This document shows positions 10,611-20,958 of a stretch of DNA of 64,000 bases, in pieces. The notes under the pieces are model-generated. The model saw nothing but the letters and a program-made list of their open reading frames with translations, made no database searches and was not told where the DNA came from. Every line of letters begins with the position of its first letter. The first letter of the stretch is position 1. The translations under genes and the position numbers were made by a program. The stretch is taken from assembly GCA_000002445.1 (NCBI GenBank), contig CM000207.1:352001-416000 (forward strand), written 5' to 3'. This DNA is from Trypanosoma brucei (taxonomy: Eukaryota).

Positions 10611-11033
10611 TTACAGTTTTCCAATTGCATGGTACCACATACGTTTAATTCCTTGAGGTTCCTCATCTACTGCTTGAAGAGCTGAATCCCCCTCAAGGGC
10701 CTGTCGTACTGCCATATCGTGTCGAGCCCCACATCGTTTCAACTCAGCCATCGGCTCTTTGCAGTTGGAAATTTCAAACATTCCAACCATCATGCACTGG
10801 TGAAGTTTCTCCGCCTCTCCTGCGCAAGCTCCAATAAGGTTAAACTTTCTGTAATCATACAAACCTTCCCCTTGTTTCGCTGTCCAGTCCTTAATACACG
10901 AATAATATCCCAATCGCTGATTCTCACAAGCTCCCTTTGGTCTGTCGGGCCCGTAGTCGAACTCCTTCAAGCACGAGCGCCATAATGTTGCCTCGACTGC
11001 GCAGGGGGCGGGATCCACAACCGGTACTGGCAT
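10611..11033 (-). CDS. small twin-CHCH protein with four Cx9C motifs, NDUFA8- or CHCHD5/Mic14-like mitochondrial intermembrane-space protein
   Basis: Four exact Cx9C motifs arranged as two pairs: C11-x9-C21, C36-x9-C46, C70-x9-C80 and C91-x9-C101. ATG confirmed at 11031-11033. 140 aa. Confidence 0.7.
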   Translation of the reverse strand: MPVPVVDPAPCAVEATLWRSCLKEFDYGPDRPKGACENQRLGYYSCIKDWTAKQGEGLYDYRKFNLIGACAGEAEKLHQCMMVGMFEISNCKEPMAELKRCGARHDMAVRQALEGDSALQAVDEEPQGIKRMWYHAIGKL

Positions 11034-12403
11034 AATAATACCACAGGTGTGTAGAGTTTCAATATACCCTTCCTTGCAAAATCCGTATGATCATGTTCAC
11101 AGAACCAAAAAATAAATAAATAAATAAATAAAGAGGAAAACAAGCACAATTCACATATTTAATTCCCACACCCAACATGGTGAAAAGAACAGTAGGCGGA
11201 GACTCGTCCTTTCCCGGTTATATACCACAAAGAATAAAAATAAAATACATGTATATTATATATAAATATAAATAGACTCGGCACAACATGCTGGATTGCC
11301 GCATACGCGCACACCCACACCGGATGAAATGGATGAAGGCATAACACGATGTTCCCCCACCTCCTCAAAGGAAAGGAAAGGAAAGGAATCATGAAGGGAT
11401 GAACGAAGAGGAAAAGCAGGAAACAAAAACAAAAACAACAACAACAATATATATATATATATACCTTTCTTCCTTTTCATATCATTCCCTTAGCAGCGCA
11501 AACAGCATTGCGGTGTACAGATCTTCAACTAATCTCATCCTCTGGTCGAGTGACGCGAAATAATCAAAAACAAAAACAAAAAGTGAAATAAAGAATTTTT
11601 TTTCATGATTAAGAGAGCAAGGAAAAAGGGAATGTCCCATACAATTTCTGGGGAATTGTGATTTTGCCGCACCGACCGCTTTTTTTTTCTTTTTATTTTT
11701 TCTTCCTTCCTTCGTTATGCACGCATGTTTTAGTAGTAGCAGGTGACTCTTCAATATTCTAGCAATAACCTCCGTGGTAAACCGTGGGAAAACGGTGGTA
11801 ATGTTAGTTTACGGTGAGGAAAAATGGGGGGGAATAAACGACACAGCCCCTCAATCGTCATGATAAAAATATTAATAAACAAAAAAACATGGTGAAAAAA
11901 AAAATGTGAAGCACCAGTACCGATTAACAAAAAGATATGAATGAGCAAAAAAGAAAAAGAAAGAGAAGAGCAAAAAAAAGGAGAAGGGTGCGAATCTTCG
12001 CAACGATCGCACAATTCAGCAGGCTAAAAGAGACATGACAAAAAAAAAAAAGAAATAAATATACGCTCATATATATATATATATGACGGAACGGTACCAA
12101 CGAATGCCTTGTTTCTCTAGCACAAAAGGTTTGCACCGCGCATATATGGTAATATCATGTGCTGAATAAAAAGATTTCCGCGTGCGAGCACCCGCACAAA
12201 CACACGGAAAGACTCCACACACAAAAAAAAATAATAATAAACACCCAATAAAGTGGTAGATGGAAATATGAGGCCACACACCCAACAGGCGCCCTTTTCA
12301 TCCAAGGAAAATTAACAATAAAATTAACAATAACAACAAAGAAAGAAATGGAAAAGAAAAGCGGTAACGCGCAGTTCATGCCTTATAGTCACACGACAGC
12401 GCA

Positions 12404-15400
12404 TTACCGCAGGTCTTCTGACACCTCCGCAACAGTGTGAGAGTGTCGGTCCTTTATTTTCTTCGACGATGTCCTCTTCTTTGTATGACCGCTGCTTCCT
12501 CTATCCTTTTCATCTGCTCCTATCTCTATTTTTGTCGCACTATTTCGTGATTTTTTGTGCGACATTTTGGTTTGAACAGCGTTGAGGTTGAGTAGGGCTG
12601 CTTTTTCCATTTCTTCTGAGAAAGGGTACTGAATTCCAATTCGGTCTGCCATGGCCATGTACTCCGCTAATTTGTTCTTCATGGGAACAACTTCCCCAGC
12701 AAGCATCTGCAGTTCCGCCTTCAGTTGCTCAACAGAGGCGTCATCACCTCCCTCTTTTTTGCGCAGAGCCTCCCTGGCTTGCCTAAGTTTAGAGCGCAAC
12801 CGTTTGTTCTCTGTCGTGAGCAGTTGCAGCTTTTTATCCGCTCCATCACCATTTACTGTTTTCTCGTCAACAGGGAGAATAGATGCGACTGGTTCAGCGG
12901 CACTCTCCAACTGCTGCTCAAGTTGTTGAATCTTTTCCTGCAACTCTTCCACCTGCCTCTCCAGGTCGTTTGTTGTGTAATCCTGCATTATACGCAGCTT
13001 CTCTGTGAGGTCAGCAATACTTTCCTTCAGCTTCCCATTTTCCTCTTGCAAAACCGATAGTTTGTCGTTAGATTCTTTCAGTTGCGCAGCCAAACTCTCA
13101 GCCTCCCTCTCATTTCCAACACTGCGATATGACGGGCTATCAGCACCGTGCGCCAGTACGTCCACCGCAGGGCCGTCATCAAAGCGAACAAGCGATAAGA
13201 GGTCGGTGTTTGGTTGCTTTTTCTTCTTTCTCCTGACTGGCAATGTAACAGCACCACTGACAATTTGTTCAGCACGCGCTGTTTGCAGCTTTTCTTCAAG
13301 TTGTTCGATGCGCCTACGCATAGCCGCTGCATCATCGTCTAACTTCTTCCTCTCTTCTTCAAACCTTTCATTGACCTCTGCAGAACTTCGTTCCTGCTCC
13401 TCTAACTGCCGATGTGCCTCTTTAAGAGTAACCCTTAACTGATCTACTTGTACACGCAGAGCAGTAACATCCGAATCTTCCGCCGCAGCGGATGAAGCTC
13501 GAGCAGCAACGCCACCGGCGGCTTCTGTGGATTGACGCAATTTGTCAAGTTCGCTTTCGATATGCAACCGCTCTTCTTCGACTTGATGCAACTGGGCACA
13601 CAACCTTCCACTTTCATTCTCGTACCTCTGCCTTTCTTCTGCTATGCGAACCTCCATCTCCAACTCCTTTTCATGCCGAACTGCCTCCAATTGATCATTT
13701 ACAGTTACCATTACACGACGTAGCTCCTCCTTCACGGCCTCCAACTCACTGCTAGTCGCCACTATCGTGGAGAGCAACTTTTCTTCTTGATTAGACTTTT
13801 CCTCCACCAAGCACTGATATTTATTCCTTTCCAGCTCAAGCGCGCGGTACTCATCCGTTAACTTTGCCATCTTCTCGTTGGTATTGGTGCACATCGCGGT
13901 TTCAGAGGCTAGACGCTCGGCAATTAATCCTAATTCAGCGGAGTGAGCAGAGCGAATTTGTTCGTTTTGCCTCAGTTGCTCCTCGTTCTCTGCCTCCAGT
14001 TCGTCAATCGTTTGACGGTACACCAAAAGCTCGGAGGTGAGCCGATCAATATCAGAAACCATTTGTTGGTTTTCGCTTACAAGTCTCGTGTTCTCGACCA
14101 TTACCGAGCGAATATCGTCAGGAACAAAGCTGTTACTCTCTAACTGTGCAGCAACGGTCCCTTCGCTTGCAACTGCGCGCTCACATTCGACTCCGCCAAC
14201 ACTAGTCCTTTGTTCAACACAGGCCCCAACGCCTTTGGTATCGTTAGCACCTCCACACTGCCGCATAACTTCTTCCATACGAAGCTGCAGTTCGTTTAAT
14301 TGGCCTTCGAGTGTAGTATTCTGGCCGCACAGTTTGTTATTTTCTTCCATCAGGCGACACACCTCCACACGAAGTTCCGCGCTTTCTTTCACAAGCGCAG
14401 CAACCTCGTCCTCACGCGACTTAAGAGTTTGCCTCTGGTTGTCTACAGTGTCCTGAAGACTCGCTCTCTCCGAACCCACACGTTGCAAGTCTGCTTGTGT
14501 TTCCCCCAGTTGCACTTTCACAGCTTGTAAAGAGAATTCCAGTGCCGTGCACCGTGCCTCAGTGTCACTTCCCGTATTCTGTCTTTGTGCTTCCTCTAAC
14601 TGAGTGATTTCTTCCCTAGCTTTTAACAATGCTTTTTCCGACTCCTCAGCACAAGAAAGACGCTCTCGTAACGTAGAAACCTCTTGCTGTAGCTCAGCTA
14701 CGCTTGTCTCAAATTGTGGTATTTTTTCTGCTTGCATGCGAGCCCTGTCAAGCTCCAACTGAGCTGCTTCGTAGTCACGAGAAAGCTGATCCCTTTCCAC
14801 CCTCAAGTTGTTGATATCAGTCGTAAGAGTTTCACATTGTGCCTCCAGCCCACGAAGCCGCTCCTCGTCATGTTCTTTTGTGGTTGCGAAGTAGGTTGCT
14901 TCCTCTTTCATTGCGGAAGATAGATCCGTCAGCTTCCCATTTTCTTCAGTAACTTGGGCAAGACGCGACTCCAAGATTGAAATCTTCTCCATTGCAGCCT
15001 CGTGTTGGTGTTGAGCGTCCTCGCAATTTTTGCACGATTTTGGCTCATTCATCGAGGCAGTCAGTAGCGTATCAACATCATAACTGGGTGCAGTCAGTTT
15101 TGCCTCCGCAGAACAACTCTCATTTTGTCTGATCCTATCTTCCAACTCTCTCAGTTTTTCGGTTAATGCCCTGTTCTCGGCTTCCACGTCCTTGTGCATG
15201 CTTGATTCAGTGGCAAGGTTTTCACGCAGATCTTCCAGCTCCTGTTCGTACCGTGTTATCTTGTCATGTAATTCCTGCTGCTTCTGCTCTGCGACGCTGG
15301 CACTGTCACATTCCTCCCTCGACGCTTGAAGCTCCCATTGTTGTTGAGTTAACTCCGCGGTTTTTGCTTGTAGTTCCGCTTGTAGTCGCTGTAGTTGGTC

Positions 15401-17221
15401 CCTCAATTCATCCTCTCGTATGCGATGCCGGTCAACCTCACTTCGTAAATCGTTGAACACCAAACTATTGGCCTCCAGTTCTTCCATACGAAGCTGCAGT
15501 TCGTTTAATTGGCCTTCGAGTGTAGTATTCTGGCCGCACAGTTTGTTATTTTCTTCCATCAGGCGACACACCTCCACACGAAGTTCCGCGCTTTCTTTCA
15601 CAAGCGCAGCAACCTCGTCCTCACGCGACTTAAGAGTTTGCCTCTGGTTGTCTACAGTGTCCTGAAGACTCGCTCTCTCCGAACCCACACGTTGCAAGTC
15701 TGCTTGTGTTTCCCCCAGTTGCACTTTCACAGCTTGTAAAGAGAATTCCAGTGCCGTGCACCGTGCCTCAGTGTCACTTCCCGTATTCTGTCTTTGTGCT
15801 TCCTCTAACTGAGTGATTTCTTCCCTAGCTTTTAACAATGCTTTTTCCGACTCCTCAGCACAAGAAAGACGCTCTCGTAACGTAGAAACCTCTTGCTGTA
15901 GCTCAGCTACGCTTGTCTCAAATTGTGGTATTTTTTCTGCTTGCATGCGAGCCCTGTCAAGCTCCAACTGAGCTGCTTCGTAGTCACGAGAAAGCTGATC
16001 CCTTTCCACCCTCAAGTTGTTGATATCAGTCGTAAGAGTTTCACATTGTGCCTCCAGCCCACGAAGCCGCTCCTCGTCATGTTCTTTTGTGGTTGCGAAG
16101 TAGGTTGCTTCCTCTTTCATTGCGGAAGATAGATCCGTCAGCTTCCCATTTTCTTCAGTAACTTGGGCAAGACGCGACTCCAAGATTGAAATCTTCTCCA
16201 TTGCAGCCTCGTGTTGGTGTTGAGCGTCCTCGCAATTTTTGCACGATTTTGGCTCATTCATCGAGGCAGTCAGTAGCGTATCAACATCATAACTGGGTGC
16301 AGTCAGTTTTGCCTCCGCAGAACAACTCTCATTTTGTCTGATCCTATCTTCCAACTCTCTCAGTTTTTCGGTTAATGCCCTGTTCTCGGCTTCCACGTCC
16401 TTGTGCATGCTTGATTCAGTGGCAAGGTTTTCACGCAGATCTTCCAGCTCCTGTTCGTACCGTGTTATCTTGTCATGTAATTCCTGCTGCTTCTGCTCTG
16501 CGACGCTGGCACTGTCACATTCCTCCCTCGACGCTTGAAGCTCCCATTGTTGTTGAGTTAACTCCGCGGTTTTTGCTTGTAGTTCCGCTTGTAGTCGCTG
16601 TAGTTGGTCCCTCAATTCATCCTCTCGTATGCGATGCCGGTCAACCTCACTTCGTAAATCCCTAAACATAACATTTTTTGATTCATCTTCGTCCTGAGCA
16701 ATACGAACAGTGACTGCAAGTGGACTACGACTTATAACCTCTTGTTGGTCACGCACAACCGCAGAGAGCTTTTGAACGTTGGCGTGCCCCTGCTGGACCT
16801 CCATCAGTAACTTTTGCACTTCGCCATTGGATGAGGTGTGCTGGGCTCGGAAGTCGGTGAATTCCTTGCACAAATTGTCTAATAACTTCTGCAGGTTTTC
16901 CGGCGTGGCTGTCTTTGAGCTTCCAAACAATTTAAACTTATCCCGTTCATAAAGTGCTTTAAGCACAGGTGTTTCGGAAAATATGTTGGTACTATAAGTT
17001 TCACACCTCACTTGCATCTCCGCTACAGTTCCAGAAAGTTTTGCATTCTCATCACATACCTTTGTAAGCACGTCCGTGAGCGACTTATTCTCCCGCTCGA
17101 GTTGCTTAACCCGCTTGACCAGTGCATCGGCCTCTTCAGTGGATTGCACAATTTGTATTGCCTTTACAGGTTGCTGCGCCGTCGGGCCGTTGTCCACATC
17201 GCAGTGTCCGGATGCCTCCAT
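12404..17221 (-). CDS. large coiled-coil protein (1605 aa) containing two in-frame tandem copies of a 403-aa unit
   Basis: Heptad-rich, E/Q/L/R-rich sequence throughout. ATG confirmed at 17219-17221. Residues from about 188 to about 993 are two identical 403-aa units (DLRSEVDRHRIREDELRDQLQRLQAELQ...LQLRMEE). No motor or enzymatic domain recognised. Confidence 0.8.
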   Translation of the reverse strand: MEASGHCDVDNGPTAQQPVKAIQIVQSTEEADALVKRVKQLERENKSLTDVLTKVCDENAKLSGTVAEMQVRCETYSTNIFSETPVLKALYERDKFKLFGSSKTATPENLQKLLDNLCKEFTDFRAQHTSSNGEVQKLLMEVQQGHANVQKLSAVVRDQQEVISRSPLAVTVRIAQDEDESKNVMFRDLRSEVDRHRIREDELRDQLQRLQAELQAKTAELTQQQWELQASREECDSASVAEQKQQELHDKITRYEQELEDLRENLATESSMHKDVEAENRALTEKLRELEDRIRQNESCSAEAKLTAPSYDVDTLLTASMNEPKSCKNCEDAQHQHEAAMEKISILESRLAQVTEENGKLTDLSSAMKEEATYFATTKEHDEERLRGLEAQCETLTTDINNLRVERDQLSRDYEAAQLELDRARMQAEKIPQFETSVAELQQEVSTLRERLSCAEESEKALLKAREEITQLEEAQRQNTGSDTEARCTALEFSLQAVKVQLGETQADLQRVGSERASLQDTVDNQRQTLKSREDEVAALVKESAELRVEVCRLMEENNKLCGQNTTLEGQLNELQLRMEELEANSLVFNDLRSEVDRHRIREDELRDQLQRLQAELQAKTAELTQQQWELQASREECDSASVAEQKQQELHDKITRYEQELEDLRENLATESSMHKDVEAENRALTEKLRELEDRIRQNESCSAEAKLTAPSYDVDTLLTASMNEPKSCKNCEDAQHQHEAAMEKISILESRLAQVTEENGKLTDLSSAMKEEATYFATTKEHDEERLRGLEAQCETLTTDINNLRVERDQLSRDYEAAQLELDRARMQAEKIPQFETSVAELQQEVSTLRERLSCAEESEKALLKAREEITQLEEAQRQNTGSDTEARCTALEFSLQAVKVQLGETQADLQRVGSERASLQDTVDNQRQTLKSREDEVAALVKESAELRVEVCRLMEENNKLCGQNTTLEGQLNELQLRMEEVMRQCGGANDTKGVGACVEQRTSVGGVECERAVASEGTVAAQLESNSFVPDDIRSVMVENTRLVSENQQMVSDIDRLTSELLVYRQTIDELEAENEEQLRQNEQIRSAHSAELGLIAERLASETAMCTNTNEKMAKLTDEYRALELERNKYQCLVEEKSNQEEKLLSTIVATSSELEAVKEELRRVMVTVNDQLEAVRHEKELEMEVRIAEERQRYENESGRLCAQLHQVEEERLHIESELDKLRQSTEAAGGVAARASSAAAEDSDVTALRVQVDQLRVTLKEAHRQLEEQERSSAEVNERFEEERKKLDDDAAAMRRRIEQLEEKLQTARAEQIVSGAVTLPVRRKKKKQPNTDLLSLVRFDDGPAVDVLAHGADSPSYRSVGNEREAESLAAQLKESNDKLSVLQEENGKLKESIADLTEKLRIMQDYTTNDLERQVEELQEKIQQLEQQLESAAEPVASILPVDEKTVNGDGADKKLQLLTTENKRLRSKLRQAREALRKKEGGDDASVEQLKAELQMLAGEVVPMKNKLAEYMAMADRIGIQYPFSEEMEKAALLNLNAVQTKMSHKKSRNSATKIEIGADEKDRGSSGHTKKRTSSKKIKDRHSHTVAEVSEDLR
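14270..16660 (-). repeat. near-perfect direct tandem duplication, unit 1209 bp, about 1.98 copies, inside the coiled-coil CDS and in frame
   Basis: Sequence at 14272 onward (cttccatacgaagctgcagttcgtttaattggcc...) recurs at 15481 onward, offset 1209 bp. The plus-strand sub-ORFs 14300-14530 and 15509-15739 translate identically, as do 14714-14923 and 15923-16132. Identity ends at 16660/16661, where tcgtaaatc is followed by cctaaacat versus gttgaacac. The left boundary is near 14270. Confidence 0.9.
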
Positions 17222-18015
17222 TTGTCTCTACGATGATGGCACCTACCTTTCTATGTTTATTAGAAGATCGGTAGTTATCTTCAACGTATTGTTAGTATTA
17301 TTTTTTTTATATTAAAAAAAAAAAGCGTCGGCGTATGTGCGACGAGGCGTGGTGACGGGTCCAGTCGTCACGTCACTTTGTATGGTTTCTAAATGATGGC
17401 AAGGGCACAATGATGACAACGAGGTATAGAAAAAGACGAACAGAGGATAAAAAAATAATTTAAAACAAAAATTAGAGGGTTGTGTGGATGGCATTTTACG
17501 TACTCACAAACGTTGTCATTGTGACAAGCAAAATTATCGTACGTTTTATGTCCGCAAATGAAAAAGTGAAGTAAGAGTGTGGAGAAGAGGGGAAGAGAAA
17601 AAAATTCCACACCAATAAAAGGAGATAGATAGAGGAACGCCGCGCTTACCGGGGAAAGCGTGTGTTGTGTAGTGCAGTGCATTTATCAAATCCCTTCACC
17701 TTTAATTGAGACTTAGGGAGAGTTGTTCCGTGGCCGTTAAACACATATTCCAGTGGACAACACCGATCCCAACAGACTCCACATCGTTCAACCATTTGCT
17801 TTTCATTCCATGCTGCTGTGCAAACGCGGTAAATGCGGCACCGAGACAAATATTCCCAAACCAGCGTGTCCATGTAAGAGGGAAGGGATGAAGAAGTAAA
17901 CACTAAACTTAAAGATGAATCACCCTACGATATACAGGGAACTACAAAAAAAAAGGCGGGGGAAAATATGACAATACCGCTTCCACATTCCATGCCTCCT
18001 TTAACACACAACTCC

Positions 18016-18669
18016 TCACTGGCGGCTTCCCGCAGCATCCAGAACCGCCAGATGATACATGCTATCCAGCAGCTGTTGCACATTCACCACCTGCTTGAAA
18101 GCACTCAACGCGGCTGTCAAAGCCATAAAGAACAGAAACGCAGGTTCAGCGATCCCATACACGCCGTACATATATAAGTTTAAGTAGAAAAGTTCCTGTC
18201 CGACGCAAAGTGCACACATAAACGGACGATTTGTATAATAAAGTCGCAGAAGTGAAAAAATACTGCTGCTCACGTCCTTATGACTAGTACGGCCAGCATA
18301 AAGCGACACGTACATGACGCAGAAATGCGAAGAAATATCCAGGAAAACAAGACATGCAAGCGAAGTGGCTCCCCAATGTGGAAGCGGTTGTAATACCTGC
18401 ACAACCACAACAATCAAACCAGCCGTTGACGCCCGATCCGTCAACATATCAAGTATCGCACCAAACTGTGTGCATTGGCCAAACCGTCGCGCTACCATGC
18501 CATCCACCGCGTCCAGCACAAAACCAATGATGTAACAAAATAAAAATGCAATGGGAAAGTGGCCGAGCAAGCAGAAGGAAATCAATGAAAGAATAACGCG
18601 TGTGTAGCCAATGAGGTTAGGGTAAAACAAACATACCTGCAGTGGTGTGGTAGTTTTAGCTTTCGGCAT
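18016..18669 (-). CDS. PIS: CDP-diacylglycerol--inositol 3-phosphatidyltransferase (phosphatidylinositol synthase)
   Basis: Exact CDP-alcohol phosphatidyltransferase motif D-G-x2-A-R-x8-G-x3-D-x3-D in DAVDGMVARRFGQCTQFGAILDMLTDR. Collinear similarity to human CDIPT (FYPNLIGYTRVILSLISF, FGAILDMLTDRAST, LRLYYTNRP...GQELFY). 217 aa, the size of a PI synthase. ATG confirmed at 18667-18669. Confidence 0.9.
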   Translation of the reverse strand: MPKAKTTTPLQVCLFYPNLIGYTRVILSLISFCLLGHFPIAFLFCYIIGFVLDAVDGMVARRFGQCTQFGAILDMLTDRASTAGLIVVVVQVLQPLPHWGATSLACLVFLDISSHFCVMYVSLYAGRTSHKDVSSSIFSLLRLYYTNRPFMCALCVGQELFYLNLYMYGVYGIAEPAFLFFMALTAALSAFKQVVNVQQLLDSMYHLAVLDAAGSRQ

Positions 18670-18686
18670 TGGTGCTGCGTTGCTTG

Positions 18687-18725
18687 CCTATGCCTATGCC
18701 TATGCGTGTGTTTGTGTTTGTGTAT
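18687..18725. repeat. short tandem repeats (CCTATG)3 followed by (TGTGTT)n
   Basis: cctatgcctatgcctatgcgtgtgtttgtgtttgtgtat, immediately upstream of the PIS start codon. Confidence 0.8.
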
Positions 18726-19132
18726 CTCCTTCCACCTACGTCAGACGGTAATGCCCCTGTTATTTGACACCGTGTCCACAAGTTTTCTGAAAAAGAAAAA
18801 AAATACTGGCAGAGACCAAAGACAAGTCAGAAAAGGGTTACAAACATACACGTACATGGAACAATTAAATAATTCCACGAACTTAACGACAACAGCGTGA
18901 CAACCCACCCGAAACCTCTTATTTCCCTTTTCTCCAAATCACGACCTTTCGTCATCACTGACATCAGGGACCACAAGAGTCAACAGCACAGTGCTCGACG
19001 CAGAGTGAAGAGAAACACACCGATAATCACATAAGCGGAGACAACACAACACAACACCACGCGACGCTAAAGTGATTATAGAAAAGCGCAACATATCCAT
19101 TCGTCAAAGAAAGAAAAAAAATGCACGGCACA

Positions 19133-19525
19133 CTACATGTCATCCATTCGTTCCTCTTCATCAATAGATGTCCCCTCCCGTCGAATTTCCTCACGCATGG
19201 CCTCCACACTAAATGGACACGCACGATACTTTAGTACTGGGTACCGAAAGTACACGTTCTCCCGTGCAACATGCTTCTTCGCAAGACAGTTGTCGCACAA
19301 CTCGGCATCCGCACCACTAAAGTTGTCAAGAGTACGATGCACTCCGCAAAGTATACACAGACGTTTACAATCAATGCAAACGAGCGACTGCGCGGGGGCG
19401 GTAGCTTTTGAGAAATGTGCTGCGGGAAGCAGACGGGTGCAGCTATTACACCGCAATCGTAAATGCTTCCTGGAAACTAACAGTGCGCCTGTGCGAATAG
19501 TGCAAAAGACAGCAGTACGCCACAT
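19133..19525 (-). CDS. possible small Cys-rich zinc-ribbon-like protein (130 aa)
   Basis: ATG at 19523-19525, and the orientation matches the transcription unit. Four CxxC pairs (C26xxC29, C50xxC53, C57xxC60, C77xxC80). An antisense ORF of similar length (19137-19553, plus strand) overlaps it, so coding status is uncertain. Confidence 0.35.
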   Translation of the reverse strand: MWRTAVFCTIRTGALLVSRKHLRLRCNSCTRLLPAAHFSKATAPAQSLVCIDCKRLCILCGVHRTLDNFSGADAELCDNCLAKKHVARENVYFRYPVLKYRACPFSVEAMREEIRREGTSIDEEERMDDM

Positions 19526-19553
19526 GAAGTACAGGAGCCTAAATGCTCCCTAG

Positions 19554-19574
19554 ACACACACACACACACACACA
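19554..19574. repeat. (CA)n microsatellite
   Basis: cacacacacacacacacacac, directly upstream of the 19133-19525 ORF. Confidence 0.85.
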
Positions 19575-19729
19575 ATTTCTTTTTCCAGAGGATGAAAACA
19601 ATAAAAATAAAAAATAAAAAAATATATGGATATGCCAACTCCTAGTTTCGCTGCGTCGTCAACTGCCTCAGAAGGAATCGCAAAAATGACGCCAAAAGTA
19701 ACAGTCATTTATTAAATAGAAAAGTACGG

Positions 19730-19734
<5 letters not shown>

Positions 19735-19771
<37 letters not shown>
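19735..19771. repeat. (TA)n microsatellite, about 37 bp
   Basis: Uninterrupted tatatata... run in the intergenic region. Confidence 0.9.
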
Positions 19772-19777
<6 letters not shown>

Positions 19778-19857
19778 ACGATAAACAAAACGAGCCGATT
19801 CGGCGAAAGCGTGGGTGAAATCCAAAGATAGGTGCTACACGCAAAGACTCGACATCG

Positions 19858-20958
19858 TCAACGAACAAAAGCAATATCACAATGAAGCAACACCACCTGA
19901 TCCTTCATCCTCTGCTCCACACGCCTTTGCACTTCCTTAGCGAAGGACACCGAATCCCCCACAACATCCTCCCAGGCCAAACCCTCCCCATTGAGCTGCC
20001 CGTTCCGTAGTAACTCCTCCAGAACAGCGGGATGCGTACAGGAATATCCTCGTGACAGGATTGCCCGGCGGTACCGCTCCGTCAGTAGCTCCTCCGCAAC
20101 ACTCTGCAAAGTAAGCTCGTATTGAGGGAAAGTACCGTTCTGTGAATAGTTGCGCACTAACGCTGGCCGTACACGCGAGCGAAACAAAAGCCGCGGTTTT
20201 TCAACACAATTTTTACCGTCCCTACCGGAGACGGGTTCGTCATATTTAGAGAAGGAAGGAGTTGCGCTGAGTAACCGCTGGCGGTCGAGTGTGAACCGGT
20301 ACGGATGCAATAGCGGTGCCAAATCCACAACAACAACGGAGTCCGTGGCGTGGAGGTACAACCGAATGCTGTGAATCAGCCAGTTAACTTTTATGTGTTG
20401 CTGTGTGAAGTTAATCCCACGCGTAGGCACCGCAGAGGTGCCACTATCGTTACTACAAGCATCACTAGCAATAGCATTGCTGCTGCTGCTGCAAGTTGCC
20501 ACATCGATCACACACCTCCGGCCCGTCCACCTATTACGAACCACTGCATAATCACATGAAAACGTTTTTCTACGGGCATCCGATTTTGGATCAGGATCCG
20601 TGGTCAAGACGTAACTTTTCGTCGTCATGAACCACACGGTTCCCCCAAAGGCAGCTGCAGAGAGAACTGCGTAAAGACTTAGCATCGCCTTAAGTCTTCC
20701 GAGTGCTGCGGTGGGACCTAACACACGAAACCCCTCCATAAAGCCGTAACCCTTCACACCATACACACCGGTACGTTCGGCAGCGGTGGCGGCTGAAGTT
20801 GAGGACGTCAGTGGTGTCGTGCTCCACGGTAATCTTTCCTTGGTATCATCGCCACCAGATGCAGCAGAATTCGATGATACACTCCGTGCACCGCACATCC
20901 ACGCTGCGCTTATTCGAGCAAGTCCCATAGGCGGGCATCTCCTTGTCAATCCCCACAT
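19858..20958 (-). CDS. hypothetical protein (366 aa from the first ATG)
   Basis: Long ORF in the unit's orientation. The ORF-track start at 20998-21000 is TTG; the first in-frame ATG is at 20956-20958 (MWGLTRRCPPMGLARIS...). No recognisable domain. The N-terminus is Arg-rich, a possible organellar presequence. Confidence 0.5.
   Translation of the reverse strand: MWGLTRRCPPMGLARISAAWMCGARSVSSNSAASGGDDTKERLPWSTTPLTSSTSAATAAERTGVYGVKGYGFMEGFRVLGPTAALGRLKAMLSLYAVLSAAAFGGTVWFMTTKSYVLTTDPDPKSDARRKTFSCDYAVVRNRWTGRRCVIDVATCSSSSNAIASDACSNDSGTSAVPTRGINFTQQHIKVNWLIHSIRLYLHATDSVVVVDLAPLLHPYRFTLDRQRLLSATPSFSKYDEPVSGRDGKNCVEKPRLLFRSRVRPALVRNYSQNGTFPQYELTLQSVAEELLTERYRRAILSRGYSCTHPAVLEELLRNGQLNGEGLAWEDVVGDSVSFAKEVQRRVEQRMKDQVVLLHCDIAFVR

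Noticed and set aside
10097-10666. 189-aa minus-strand ORF bridging the intergenic region downstream of the CHCH gene
   Set aside because: It starts in a different frame overlapping the CHCH stop and runs through (ATA)n and poly-A low complexity (translates to IYYYYYFL and K/F runs). Composition is typical of a UTR, not coding.
17646-17903. 85-aa Cys-rich minus-strand ORF between the PIS and coiled-coil genes
   Set aside because: Its first codon is GTG (plus-strand cac at 17901-17903), not ATG, and there is no internal Met near the start. The Cys are irregularly spaced. Most likely 3-prime/5-prime UTR sequence.
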